A DNA stretch of 64,000 bases from Octopus sinensis (GCF_006345805.1 NC_043022.1:13144001-13208000); one strand, 5' to 3'; numbered from the stretch's first letter, positions 12,271 to 25,850 are shown. Translations and numbers: made by a program. The notes: generated by a model from the sequence alone, not told the origin.

Positions 12271-13340
12271 ACAATCAGAAAGCAAATAGACAAGGAGATA
12301 TATTTAGTAGCAAAAAAATCTACTAGCTAACAGCTGAAGTACTCTACAACATATAAAAGAAGATATGTATAGATAGATATGTATATGCACACATACGCAC
12401 ACAAATATATATATCTATATATATATATGCACATATATGAAAAGAATATTTGTATATAAAAAAGGCATAGTTGAAAAACATTCTAGAAGATTCGTTGGAA
12501 ACTGGACTCAGGTAAGGATGCCAGACAAACGGGTAACTCAGAGGTGGAGATGGAGGGGAAACAAGAACAATTTAGTTTCCTTAATGAGTTTATTTCAGAT
12601 CAGGTAAAACTTATGGGGAAAACCATTCAAATCAAATTTAAAGAAAAAATATCTTTCACAAATCTAGAAGATATCATGGACTTAAGCAACTAAGATATTT
12701 GTAGTTTGATTAAAAGAAAATAAAACCCACAAATATGTCTTTTAGTTTACTTTTAAAATTCTATAAAATACACAATAATTTGTTTGAAGTTTTTTTCGTT
12801 TTCCTCTTAATGTTGTTCTCTTTCTTAATGAACTTAAATGTTAATTATTCTTAAGTTAATCAAGAGAAAGGAGGGAAAATACAGTAAAACAATGTTTCTC
12901 TATCGAGTGTTACTCACTGGGAAAAACAATAATATTTGTAACAAAAGATAAATTGCAAGGAATCCACTGTTGTCCTCGAGGGTTTGGTAATATCGTGCCA
13001 TTGCCATTGTCATTAGAGATTGTGTAACATCAACATGATATAATAATAGTAACAGCTTATCTAAAATATTTATGTTATAGGTGTGGGTCTTGAACATATA
13101 TATATATATATATATATGTGTATATATATTGAAGAGACAGAATGGCAGGCAAAGAAAGCAATCGGCAGGAAAAGAGATGCTTGTAGAACACTTCAGCCTG
13201 GTGACACTTTATGAAAAGTTGTTAATAAGAAAATAGCAGCTTGAGACTGAGGTGGGGGAGTAAGGGGAAATGGGGAGAGCCATTCAGATCAGGGTTGGAC
13301 AACAAAGTTGTTTTTTTTTGTCTTTTTTTTTTTTAATTTT

Positions 13341-13881
13341 TTTTTTTTTAATTACTGGTACCATACAGCAAGCAAAGGACAAAGACAGAAAGTGCCAAAA
13401 GAGAGAATAAGGTTAAAAAAAAAAAAAAAGAGAAATTTTATCATGCTGACATAACTCTGATAATGCAGAAAAACTCTTCTGCATGCAGTGGCCCTATGAG
13501 GTCTGAACAGTCAATAGTAGAGAGGAGGAAATCATGCTTGCTATGATGTACGGAGTGGAGTACAAAAATTTAACAAACTAGGGTATTAAGGGTGGACGAA
13601 AGAATTTTTTTTTTTTAATTACTGGTACCATACAGCAAGCAAAGGACAAAGACAGAAAGTGCCAAAAGAGAGAATAAGGTTAAAAAAAAAAAAAAGAGAA
13701 ATTTTATCATGCTGACATAACTCTGATAATGCAGAAAAACTCTTCTGCATGCAGTGGCCCTATGAGGTCTGAACAGTCAATAGTAGAGAGGAGGAAATCA
13801 TGCTTGCTATGATGTACGGAGTGGAGTACAAAAATTTAACAAACTAGGGTATTAAGGGTGGACGAAAGAATTTTTTTTTTT
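13341..13881. repeat. Near-perfect tandem duplication, ~267-bp period
   Basis: ATTACTGGTACCATAC... starts at 13351 and again at 13618; the copies differ only in homopolymer length by eye. Confidence 0.92.
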
Positions 13882-14285
13882 AAACTTTTTTTTTTTTCAT
13901 ACAGCCAAGAAAATATGTATGACTAAATCATTCAGGTGCTACAAGATTGGTTGGTCTCATAGAACTAGTGTTTATGTGTGCATATGTATGTATGTATACA
14001 TATATACATACATGTGTGTGTATATATATATGTGTGTGTATGCATCATATATGCCTGTAAGTATGAGTGTGTACGCATATTAAAAGTTTTCAGTGCAAGT
14101 TAAGTTATATACATATATATATAGATATATATATATATGTAATGTATATATACATACATACACACACGCAAATATATACATATACACATATATACGTATA
14201 CATATATACACGTATATAAGTATACACATATATATGTATAACATATATAATATATATACACACACATATATATATACATATATAT

Positions 14286-14341
<56 letters not shown>

Positions 14342-14643
14342 TGTTCATTCACATATACCTCCAACTAAATAAGGACACAAAATTGATATTAACTTACATT
14401 GAGATGTCCATCAAGTCTAAAGTCACCAGTCTACAAAGATCCATCAAAGGGAAAAAATGCTAACTCTCAGAAATCGTAGTAAGGTTTAATGAGATTAATC
14501 AAGATATTAGCAAATATCAGTGAACAAAGTTGTAGTGGGAGGAGGGTGAAAAGGGAGAGGGGTAGGGATAAGAGACATTTTTTTTTTAGCGCAACGGAGC
14601 AAGGACTCAAAGGTGGGAGGTACCCCAGACGACAAGAGAAGCA

Positions 14644-14674
<31 letters not shown>

Positions 14675-15897
14675 TAATAATAAAAAAATAAAAATAATAA
14701 TAATAGAAAGAAAGAAGAAAAGGGTTTATTTGGGGAATTTTGTTTTACAGTAAAATGATAATTTTCATTTCTACATTAATACTCTCAGAATAGATGTGGT
14801 AAGGGCAAATATAGGAGAGGGAAAAGATTTTAAAAGATACAAAAATAAATAAAAATTGTGGTACTTATTTTAACCCAAAACAAGGTTTAAAGGGGATCCC
14901 TTCACCCAACCCCCACAAAAAGACTAACACTCCAACTACAGAACAAGTGACAAGATATTGGCGCCGTAAGCATTTGGTACCATGTCACTCTAAAACCAGA
15001 TGCCATGTGGGTCACCTAAGCATGTGCACAACATTTTCAAATGTTTTTTTTCTAAAACATTTTTTATCATGAAATTATATAGATTAATTATTTTGTTCAG
15101 TTAGAAAAGAAATTTGATTTCATTTTGAAAACCTTAGGTGCACACAACTCTACCTTGTGTACATAAGTATATTTTGCATGCACGTGTTCTATAATGAATT
15201 CATGTGCACAACTGCACAGCATAGCAAGTGATTTGGTTGTTAGGGTAAAATTTATGCCCTGAACACAGCAATCCACAGCACAAAATTTGAATAAAATCTC
15301 AAAACTTACATGCACAAAAATATATATATACAAAGATGTGCTGTCTGTAGATGTGTACCCATGTACACGATCTGCAACATATTGCCTGTTTAATGATTAA
15401 CTCAGGGAAGTAACACCCAGACAAAATAATTCTGATGGACATATGAGGTGTGCATGTGTGTTTTTTGTGAATGTGGATTTTATGTGAAAGAGATAGAAAC
15501 AGATAGATAGAAACAAACGGATAGATAGATAGAAGGAGAGAGAGTGTTTTAAAGCAATTTTCTGTTTGTTTGTTTTTAATTCATTTCAGAGAAACTGTTA
15601 ACCAGCTAACTATGTACGGACAGACTGTGACATCTGCCTCCATTCATATACAATGACTAACGAACATGAACCAACATGGTCCGAGTCATTTCATGGCAGG
15701 ATGAATGAGGCAGAGAGGAGAGAGAGGAGAGGGGAAGAGATTTTCCAGTAAGCAAACTCGGCAATAATGGCCTCAGAGAAAGGAAAAAGTCTAAACATAC
15801 TGTTGCTCTCCCTCTATTCCAGTCAGGGGAATTATACAAGATGGTGAACTTAATTAATAAGGATGTGTAAGAAGTCTAACAAAATAATAATAATAAC

Positions 15898-15963
<66 letters not shown>

Positions 15964-17786
15964 CCCTTCAATGACATCTGGTAACGGGAGGTGGGCAGAA
16001 AGAGAATGAAAAAAAAAAAAGTAATTGTTTTTAAAATCAGAAATAAATAATAAAAAAATTCTATTGCAATAAAAAAAAAAATTATTATAACAAAAAAAAA
16101 AAGAATTAAATGAATATAGAAACAAGTTAATTAAACTATAATTAGTATTTCAATTTAGCTAACAAGTTACAGCTTGTAAATTATAATAACTGGCGATTAT
16201 CTTTTCACTGACTAAAGGACATTAAACAATGTGTTGGTTTATGGAGTAGGCGGCATCATCATCATCATCATCCATTTATTTATTGTTTACTTGTTTCGGT
16301 CACTAGGCTGCGGCCATGCTGGAGTACTGCCTTGGAGGGGCTTCAGTCAAGCAAACCAACCCCAAATACTCATTGTTTTTAAAAACCTACTACTTATTCT
16401 ATTGGCCTCTTTTGCTGAACCACTAAGTTACAGGGATGTAAACAAACCAACAGCAGCTGCAAAAGCTGTGCGGAAAGAGGGACAAACACACACACATACA
16501 CACGTTTCTGCCTGCCAACTATCAAATTCATTTCCAAAAGACTGGTCAACCCTGTGGCCACAGAAGAATACACTTACCCGAGGTTCTGTGCACGGGGACA
16601 GAACTCAAAATGGCATGGCTGCAAAGCGAGCTGCCTAACTGCACATCCATACCAACATTTCTACAGTTTTTATCACAAAATAGACTTATTTCTTTCTACA
16701 ATTTAAAATCTGAGAGTATTTGTCTTGACGAGCTTTAATTTATGGAAACACTGCAACCATCAAAACTAGTTGGTGACACGTTTATCTCGACATTAAATAG
16801 GAAACTAGATTGGTTTAATTGCTTCTAAAACGGTTCAAACGCAAACAGCAATGAGTCTAAGTATGTTCGTTTGAATGTGTTAAGTAAAGACAGGGTCGAG
16901 GGACTGACACAAGGTGTTACAGGGGCCACTATATAACTATGTCAGAACAACAAGCTGCTAATGGAGCCATCAAAGGTTCAAACCACACAAAGATATCATG
17001 CAAATGTGAAATACAGCAAAATCAAGATGGAGAGGCTGGGTGGGGGTGATGGAGGGAAAGGGGAGAGGGACAAAAAAATCCCTTGCTTTTTCTTTTTTTC
17101 TTTTAGCCATGCATCATTAATTATATTTCTAGAGAAGTAATGAAAATAAACATTAAACCACTGGCAAGAAAAGGCTGTGAAGAGGGGGAGTGGGGATAGG
17201 GGGCTCCTTCGGGGAAGGGGAGGGGGTATCATTAATAATCATGAGATGACAGACAATTAGACCCAAACTTAATTATTATTATCTTTCTACTAAACAAAAT
17301 GTAGAAGTTTCTAACCAAACAGAAAAATACAAAAAAAAAAAGGGGGGGGGGGGGAAAAAAAGAAAAAAAAGTCTTCCATATTTTGATATTATGGAAACCA
17401 GAAGAACATTCCATGATGGAAAAAAGGAGAGAAAAGAAATGACTTGAGACACAATTTATGTAATTTAAGTGAAATAAGAACAGTTTAGAAATGAGGAATA
17501 TGTTGTTTGAGTGTGTGTTTGTATGTACGTATGTGTGTGCATAATATATATATATTTTAGTGATGGGTAAAATGTCAAAACGACATAATATAACGTGTAG
17601 AGACAGAGGAAGTGCTCAGACCACACTCAGTGCCTAAAATCCAGCATTGGACGAAGGGGTACAGAATTCATGGAAATAAGAGTTGGCTCTAGGCAATGGG
17701 CAGGTCAAACTAATATGTAGGTGTAACGGAATAAGATATGAACAGGTAGTTGCAAGACATCAAGTCATTTGTTTTGCGTATATATA

Positions 17787-18005
17787 TACGGGATGGGCCA
17801 AAAATCACACACCAGAATATCTGCCATTTTATTCATATTGTGTTGTTATTATTATTATTATTATATATTTTGTTCAGTATACACAAGTGATGATGATGAT
17901 GATGATTTTATTTATTCTATTCAATTCTAGAAAAACTAAAGCATGTCTTTAACAATTTCAGAGTGTGTGGAGCTTATTTTGTGTGTGTCTTTTGGCCCAT
18001 CCTGC
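17787..18005. mobile_element. Tc1/mariner-type MITE
   Basis: TIR pair (TA)CGGGATGGGCCAAAAATCACACAC / GTGTGTGTCTTTTGGCCCATCCTG; AT-rich non-coding interior. Confidence 0.65.
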
Positions 18006-18168
18006 AGATATGTCCTCACTTCTGTATAAATAGGCTACAAATGACTTGATGCCTTACAACCAGGCAGTTGGAAGGCATCAAGCCTGTTCATATTCTATTT
18101 TATTGTTCTTTTATATAACGGTTTTCAGGTCAAGAGGGAATATAACAACAAAGGCCAAGTGGATGTGC

Positions 18169-18199
<31 letters not shown>

Positions 18200-19599
18200 T
18201 ATCACAGTAAAGATGTAAATATAAAACAAAGACCAGGATGGTATAAAAATGCTAACAATGGTCAGAGACGTATTAGTGGCATCACTTAGTTTAAAACAAG
18301 ATATACACTGAGGACATTAAACAATGATTATTTTTGTTTCTTTAATCAAGATTCAAACTACATACGAATAGAAAGACAATTGTTAACTCTTTCAAAACAT
18401 CAACATTTTCAACAAACATAAAGCAGTCGTTGATAAATAATATTAACAAAGCCATAAAACTGAACCTAGCCTTAGGTCCATCTTGAACCCCAAGGCTCAT
18501 AAAATGGGGACTAAATCCAGTTTCTATGGCATAAGATTGTCTGAGATTACAACATATTTCCACTGAAAGAGACACTGGTCCTTTGCAGGCTTAAATTCCT
18601 CACTATAGCTGGAGCTAATTTTTAGCTGAGTGAAATGAAGTATTTTGCGCAAGAACACAATGCAATACTTGGTCCAGGAATTGAAACTATGACCTTACAA
18701 GGACTCTCTCTCTCTCAATATTTAACCTGCAAGTTGCAGAGCTACACTGAGCCCCAATGCCATCTTTAGCATGGTTTCTACAGCTGGAATCCCTTCCTAA
18801 CACTAACCCCTTGACAGAGTGCACTGGAGGCTTTTCTTTTCTTTTTGGTGCTAACAGCTCTAGTGAGGCTGCCATATTCAATATTATAGTCTAATTAAGA
18901 GAAACTATTATTGTTTTGTTATTATGATGGATAAACAAAAGAGCTTATCCTCAAAGAAATGATAGAGATCCATTTAGAGCTGTTATCAACTTTCAACAGT
19001 AAATTCTTACACACAGATGAGTAGGGCCACTCCTATCAAAAATTGATTAAAGCAGTTTGGGTTTATGGTATATGCTGCACATAAGTTTAAAAAAACGAAA
19101 AGAAACCGTGCATTTCTCTGAAAAGCCAATATGTCCACATTCAGATTACTTAAACAGATTGGTCAAAAATCTTGTGGCTAGAAAAGTCCAAAGACAATTT
19201 GTTCAGCTCTCGTAGCTCAATATTTGTCCGATATTGCATGATAAAATTTCATCTAGAATACATTAATCTAACTGTTAAACACTGTAGTGGCACTGACATG
19301 GATTAGGGGCTCCATGTAAAGAGGAGGTGGAGGAGGGCAGTCACATGAAGGACATTATAGACATTGCAAGTCTTGGAGAAGACTATGCCTCAATATGCCA
19401 AGTGTCATTTCGATTTGGTAGAGTCATCACCCAGAATTATATGAGACCTTCAAAGACTGAAGTGGAGATGGGTTCCATGCCAACAGACATTGACTGTGGG
19501 TCAGTCAGTCCTAAGAGCAGGCAAAAGTTCCCACAAAAGGCAGCAGACCTGTCATCAGATGCAAACAAATGAATGTGACTGGCCTCACATCAAAAGAGA

Positions 19600-19780
19600 A
19601 TTGGGTTAATATTTCATGGATAAGAAATTCACTAAAATCAAGGAAATGTGTGTGCGCTACACTCAGGTCAACACAATACCTGGATTTAAATCTGATAGAA
19701 AACTTATGGAAACAGGTCAACAGAGGGAGGAAATGCAGGAAATAAGATTGAATTGTATTATTAATATTATTTCATGGCCA
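19600..19780 (+). mobile_element. Tc1-like transposase fragment
   Basis: One frame reads YLDLNLIENLWKQV, resembling the Tc1 SPDLNPIENLW motif; no TIRs recognised. Confidence 0.45.
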
Positions 19781-20357
19781 CAAAGATTATTGTTCTTGAT
19801 CTTTAATGTACACATTCCATTTTATTGAGAAAAGAATTGTATTGTTTTAAACTCTTTCAATGCTAACTTGCCTGAGACCACTCCCGATTCTACAATATAA
19901 ACTTCCTGTTTTTAAATTGACCTAAAATGAAACATTCCATCAAACTTTCAGGTTTGAAATACCAGATTAATAATTCTTACAAATTTCAAAGCTAACTGGA
20001 ATAAAAACAGACTATTTTAACAGAAATATAGTAACGAAAGGCGAAATGTTCTGATGTTAAAAAAAGGTTATTTTTGTGTCAATAACTGCCTTAATGTTTT
20101 TTTTATTTACATTCCTCAAAAGTAAAAAAAATTCTCTTACTCTCCATAAATAGTTTGAATCCTGACAAACATAAAAATAACGAATGTGTTTAATCTTCAG
20201 TTTATAATTGTCTTTAAATTTAATGATGCCACCATAATTAAAAAAACAGGTCAGGGGAGGTAAATGAAAATATTTTGGCACAAAAGAAATATATATAAGA
20301 TTTTTTAAAAAATGAAAAAGAAAAAAAAACGGAAAAAAAGGTCACGTGGTGAATTAC

Positions 20358-20585
20358 CTGTATTCGTTTTTTCTTTAAAATTCTGCTCCGCATCTCATTA
20401 ACTGCATATTGTGCAGTGTCCATACTAGTAAAATAGATTAGTGCCCTGCCTTTGCAGCGATCAATCACAGCATGACTAACTTCACCATAACGACCAAACT
20501 GTTGACACAGAAGCTTTTCCGTCACCGACTCGGACAAGTTATCAAGCCAGACACAATTGGTAGGCATGCTTTTCCCGAATCCCAA
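20358..20585 (-). CDS. SPEN: SPEN coding exon: RRM4
   Basis: LGFGKSMPTNCVWLDNLSESVTEKLLCQQFGRYGEVSHAVIDRCKGRALIYFTSMDTAQYAVNEMRSRILKKKRIQ; LGFGKSMPTNCVWLD is a SPEN hallmark; ttttcag| acceptor, CAG|gtaatt donor, 228 nt, phase 0/0. Confidence 0.97.
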
Positions 20586-20924
20586 CTGAAAATAAAATAA
20601 AATAAAATAAAATAAAATTAAATTAAATTAAATTGAATTAAAATTAAATTTGAACAAAACAGACAAATTATAGAAGAACAAAAATGCAAAACATTGTGAA
20701 CAGAAACAATAGAATAGTTTGTTTCTTTACTATTCTAACAGGTTGATAGAAAAGATTGTGGCATTTGTTTTAAACGAGCAGTATTTGACCTTACAAGAAG
20801 GATGTTAGATCTGCTAACAGAAAACAAACACATTCTCAAACCAGATTTGCTTCAGTTCACCACCGTAACACTTAGAAAGGTTTAAGGGAATTGACAAACA
20901 AGATGAATAAAAGCTAAAAAGAAC

Positions 20925-21050
20925 CTTTATTTTATTCGCTCCTATGTGTTCTCCTTCCATTTTACGTAGTGACTTGACAACACTTGTGATATCTGCATAC
21001 TGTACAAATGCATAGGCAGATACTGCACCCTGGCGTTTGATATCAATATC
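20925..21050 (-). CDS. SPEN: SPEN coding exon: C-terminal half of RRM3
   Basis: DIDIKRQGAVSAYAFVQYADITSVVKSLRKMEGEHIGANKIK (RNP1-like YAFVQY); catcag| acceptor, AAG|gttctt donor, 126 nt, phase 0/0. Confidence 0.96.
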
Positions 21051-21644
21051 CTGATGAAGGAAAGGAAAGAAAAAAACACACACACATTTAAGAAAACCAT
21101 ATAGAAATGGTCCAAAAACAGCTAAGCTATTCAATTTACAAAAAACAAAACATCACATACAACTGCAGAAAACCGTCAATCGAAGTTTAATGAGAAACGG
21201 TTCAAACTAGAGCAGGACCAAGTGGAAGATGAATGAAGTGGTAGGAATTAGACAACAGAAGACACTTTTAACAAAAAAAAAAAAAAACATTGAATAAAAT
21301 AGGTCGACTAATGTAGAAAGGATGGGAAGTAATAGTTAGATAAACAAGAGGGTCTTGTGAACAAGGATATAATTTGGATTATATTAAATGATAATCATCA
21401 ACAATTACCATCTTTGGGAATGTTAATCTCTCAGTTATTTTTAAATGTTTCTCTGATACAGTGTCCCCCCATTTGCATACTTTTTGCAACAACTGCTTGT
21501 CGTTGGATGCCTTTTGCTCCCAGTTTCAGATCATTCAGTTAAGCAAGAAGAATGAAACCAAATTTGTCAACTAAATCAAAACCAGAAGAATTATGAACTT
21601 TGACCTAGAGCACAACAACAACAACTGTTATCAACATTATCATT

Positions 21645-21870
21645 TAACCCTTTAGCATTTCAACCGGCCACATCCGGCCAAAAGTATTCTGCCTGTTTTA
21701 TGTTCTAACTGGCCAGATCTGGTCTCTCACACTAACCCTACAATATCATTTTAAAAATTAACGGCTACCTCATCAAAATCTCATAGTTACAAGATAATAC
21801 ATAATTAGTTCAAGGCAATGTGGATAAAAAGGATTAATTTGGGCAGAATAGTGTGAACCCTAAAGGGTTA
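21645..21870. mobile_element. TTAA-type MITE, second family (related copies ~25500-25715 and ~50090-50300)
   Basis: TTAACCCTTTAGCATT...CTAAAGGGTTA ends; shared interior with the 25.5-kb copy. Confidence 0.65.
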
Positions 21871-22329
21871 TTGTCCGTGGTTCCATGCTTGCATGGGGTC
21901 AGATGGAATACATTGAGTCAGATTTTCTATGGCTAGATACCCTCACTTGTTTCCAAACAAGGTAATATGCACTCACAGCCAGAGATGTTCTTCATGGGAA
22001 TTTGCAAATAAACAACCTCACCCATAAGACAACGATGCTCATTGACAAGCATCATGTGATATCAAAACAAAAGTACACACACAACAGGCTTCTTCCAGTT
22101 TCCCAAATCCACTCATAAGCCATGTGTCAACCCCAGGCTAGAGCTGAAGACCCTTTGCTGAGGTACTACACAGTGGGATTGAATTCAAGACCATATGGCT
22201 TGGAAGAGAGCTTCTCAACCACAGCCATTTAACACTATGTTGTCCCACCATCAAAGCACTTCTGTAATAAACCAAAGATGAAACCCAAACACCGTTAACG
22301 ACTCAACAGAAAGTGTGAGAGTGACTCAC

Positions 22330-22478
22330 TATGATTTCTCCAAACGACTTGAAACGGTCTCTTAGTTCTTGTGTTGTAATCTCTTTCTCCAAGTTACCAA
22401 CAAACAATGTCCGTGTGGCCTTTGGATGATATTCATCACACTCAGCCTCAGGAGGACGGAATTCATTATCTTCAACTT
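22330..22478 (-). CDS. SPEN: SPEN coding exon: N-terminal half of RRM3
   Basis: EVEDNEFRPPEAECDEYHPKATRTLFVGNLEKEITTQELRDRFKSFGEII; HPKATRTLFxGNLEK is diagnostic of the Spen family; ttcccag| acceptor, ATA|gtgagt donor. Confidence 0.97.
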
Positions 22479-23624
22479 CTGGGAATAAAACAGTAAAACA
22501 GAAACATAAAACAAGTTTATTAACCTCTCCAGCATTGGCAACAAGCAAATCTACTACGGACAACTTCAGAAACATAAACACACACTCTCCTTTGTGGCAT
22601 ATATTCACACAAGCTTATAGTTTAAGGGGCCATAATTGTTGGGTTGTTGGCACAACCCTGAACACTTCATGTAAGAAAAAAAAAGGGGAGTAAAGTGGGG
22701 TCTCTCTATATTATTATAACATAATGTTAACCAAATTTTTTGTTGCATGAATAACTGAAAAACATGCCACTAGGAGGTAATCCATTCCAAGCTACACCCA
22801 CATAAATACATGAAATGAGGTTTTATTTGTCCATCTATCAACAGCAAATACATAGATAGATACGTGTGCATATTTTCCCTCTCGTCTTGTTTCTATCAAT
22901 CTATGGTTTATGTTTTTAGCAGAATATGAGAAATGTTATAATTTTCTGTACAAACTATGAAAATCTGAAGCTACAGGAAATGCAAACACGTATCATAATG
23001 GACCATTAGCACATGCTCTCCTAGCCACTTACATACATGCATGGTCTAGTGATGGTTTGTTGCTCAAATTTCAGTTTGGTAAGAGAATGTGTTCCCAGTC
23101 CCTTCATGTGTCGTCTGCTCATGGTCAACTGATCAAATATCAGCTTGTGTGAATTTCATATTCTTCAGAAAAACTGTTCGTTTGATCAATTAGGGAACTG
23201 TTCATACACAAGTACCTCCATTCTACTTCCTTCAAACAAGTAACAAGGCTCAGGGCAAGTTGTTTACCTTTTTTTTACACTCACCATTGCAGTTGCTAAC
23301 AAAATGCAACACACTTCTCACAAGTTTGTAACAGAAATAAATAATTCCTGACGGTACTCAATTATATAGAATTTAAGTTTCCATTACAGTTGACACCCAA
23401 CCTACTGCCAGTATCTATTTACCTGTGTACCTCTACTCATTACCTATTTACTACTTATACCACCACAGAGTTTCTACACAACATCCATATACATCTGTAC
23501 CTCCACACAATATTTTTTTTAAACACTTGTACTTTCATGAGGTGTCTATTCACAACAACTTCACTCCACACATTTCAATACACAACACAACTCAATATAT
23601 TTGTCAAGTAAAGAGACTACTAAC

Positions 23625-23713
23625 CTACACCTTCATGTGCCATAACTTTAATTTTCTTCCCAAAAAACATCTTATCTTGAGAAGCTTCCAAGGCCTTTGC
23701 AGCATCCTCTGGT
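23625..23713 (-). CDS. SPEN: SPEN coding exon: C-terminal part of RRM2
   Basis: ttgcag|A CCA GAG GAT...: (K)PEDAAKALEASQDKMFFGKKIKVMAHEGV(E); donor G|gttagt; 89 nt, phase 2/1. Not in the ORF track. Confidence 0.92.
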
Positions 23714-23936
23714 CTGCAACAGAATGAATTGTACAAAAAGTTTACAAAAAACCCCATAAAACTAAATCGTTTCATTTCAATATTAATGACACAAGATAAT
23801 CATGTAGATATTAAAGGTAATAGGAAAATACAGGTGAATATATGAAGAGAGAAAACAGGAGAAGATTGATGCCAAAGAAAGAAACTGTTAGCAACATTTG
23901 TAAATGAAATTATGGAATAGGGGAAAAGGGACTCAC

Positions 23937-24048
23937 TTTCTAAAACTGACCACAGAATATCGTTCTTCTCCTTGTCCTAGCACCTGCACTGAAGTTACTT
24001 TACCATGCTTTTTGTATTCATGAAAAAGCCCATCCCTAAGGCTAGTAT
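23937..24048 (-). CDS. SPEN: SPEN coding exon: core of RRM2
   Basis: ttttacag|AT ACT AGC CTT AGG GAT GGG CTT TTT CAT GAA TAC AAA AAG = (D)TSLRDGLFHEYKKHGKVTSVQVLGQGEERYSVVSFR, matching SPEN DTSLKDGLFHEFKKFGKVTSV; donor AA|gtgagt; 112 nt, phase 1/2. Confidence 0.96.
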
Positions 24049-24549
24049 CTGTAAAATAAAGCACAAATTAATATTTAATTATAGCAAGATATGCGGACAT
24101 TTGGATTGTCGTAGACCCAAAACAACAAGCCACAACATAGATTCAATTACTCATTTAGACTGATTGAAAATACAAGAAAACATCAATTTCATTTATAATT
24201 AGTGTCACTTAAAGTGTTTAATAAGGTCTTTTAAATTATTCAGTTCCATTTTTTCACTTTAATATAAATTTAACCCTTTGGATATCAACCTGCCCATTGC
24301 TTCTGATACAATTTTTTCTCATTTTAAAATGATCAAAAATTTTAATCTGCCATCAAAATTTCATGTTAGTTTATATTCTAAACAATTTAATAATGACAAA
24401 AGGTACTTTACTAAATTCTACATCATTTTTAAAAAATAATTCATACAAAAGCAGTCTGTTTCAACAGAAATCATTATCATCATCATCGTTTAACGTCCGT
24501 TTTCCATGCTAGCATGGGTTGGACGGTTCGACCGGGATCTGGGAAGCCA

Positions 24550-24679
24550 GGTTTCTACAGCTGGATGCTCTTCCTAACGCCAACCACTCCGTGAGTGTAG
24601 TGGGTGATTTTTACGTAAAAAGTCCCCACTACACTCACGGAGTGGTTGGCGTTAGGAAGGGCATCCAGCTGTAGAAACC
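24550..24679. repeat. Near-perfect 130-bp palindrome formed by a head-to-head junction of two copies of a dispersed repeat
   Basis: Base-by-base pairing about centre 24614/24615 (TTTTTACGTAAAAA); 65-bp arms with 4 non-Watson-Crick positions. Confidence 0.92.
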
Positions 24680-24862
24680 CTGCCAGATCAGACTGGGGCC
24701 TGGTATCCATGAAAACCTACAGAAGGGAAGTTGGCTTTATTTCTTGAAGATGGTGGGTTAAAGTACGAAGGGGGGCGCAGAACGGGTTCTTGTTGTGGAG
24801 GAGCTAGATGGCAACTCGCATTTTGACGAAAGCGATTAGTAATGACAAAGAGAGATACTTAC

Positions 24863-25041
24863 CACTGGATCGAAGAGGTAATCCCATTACACAGATTCCA
24901 AGTGGTTTCCTTTCAGCGCTCTGTGTTTCTGCCGTCGATGACTTGCTTGACATCATACTCTGACTCTCCGACTTTGAGTGTTTCTGACCCGACACAGACA
25001 CTACAGGCACCCGCCGTAGACTGCCTCGGCTACTGGTTCGA
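24863..25041 (-). CDS. SPEN: SPEN coding exon: Ser-rich linker and start of RRM2
   Basis: ttctgtag|T CGA ACC...ERKPLGICVMGLPLRSS(D), comparable to SPEN KSFGIKVQNLPVRSTD; donor G|gtaagt; 179 nt, phase 2/1. Confidence 0.92.
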
Positions 25042-25850
25042 CTACAGAAATAATAGACAAATTTACAGTTATACAATGAAATTATGAGAGTCTTTCTTTT
25101 AAACGTTATTTTCATGTAAAATTTATTGCTAAATCTTGGTAGAAAATTTTTTCCCTTCATATTCAAACTTGATGTCAGCTTAGCCCACTGCATAAAGTCG
25201 CATCTCATTCACCCACAGTTTAAAAAAGCTATTTAGTTAACTCCCTTAGAATACAGAAATGGTTATCTCCCCTATTGCACAGGGGAGGTAAGCCGAGGCA
25301 CAACATTTTTGATTAATTCCCTTGTCTACAAGGGGAGATAACTTATTTAATCGACTGTGGTGGCATTTGAACTCGGATTGTAAAAACGGACAAAATGCCA
25401 CTTTCAATCATGGAACACTATAATATTAAGAGTTTTATTAGTGCTGAATATATGAAGGGCAGCACTGCAGTGATTTTCCGTAGACATAAGAATATATTTT
25501 TACCCTTTAGCATTCAAACTGGTCATATCACACCAAAATATTTCTACAGGTTTTATTTTCAAACTGGCTAGATCTTGCCTCTCACACCTACCCTGCAATG
25601 TCATTCTAAAGTTAAACAATCACATCATTGAAATCTCAAAGATATGATATAATGCATGATTAATTCAAAACAATGTGAATAAATAAGGATTACATTTGAC
25701 AGGCTAAAGGGTTAAAATAGGGACCACATCTGACCCAATAAATATTGCGAACCCGTCATCACTGTAAATTACCCTCATGGCTGATGGAGAGTCCTGATTG
25801 AAAAGAAGAAGAGGAAAGGAGAGAATTCTGGAAAATGTCTTGATAATGAC

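Noticed and set aside
14080-14348. Y/I/T/H/V-rich ORFs here and at 38.5-40.3 kb and 50.9-51.6 kb
   Set aside because: Translations of (TA)n/(CA)n/(GATA)n microsatellites.
22479-22608. N-terminal part of ORF 22303..22608 (and the starts of 20814..21134 and 24804..25208)
   Set aside because: Intronic read-through; the true exon limits are set by splice sites and SPEN homology.
23040-23270. Possible mariner-like relic in an RRM intron
   Set aside because: Peptide resemblance too weak to support by eye.
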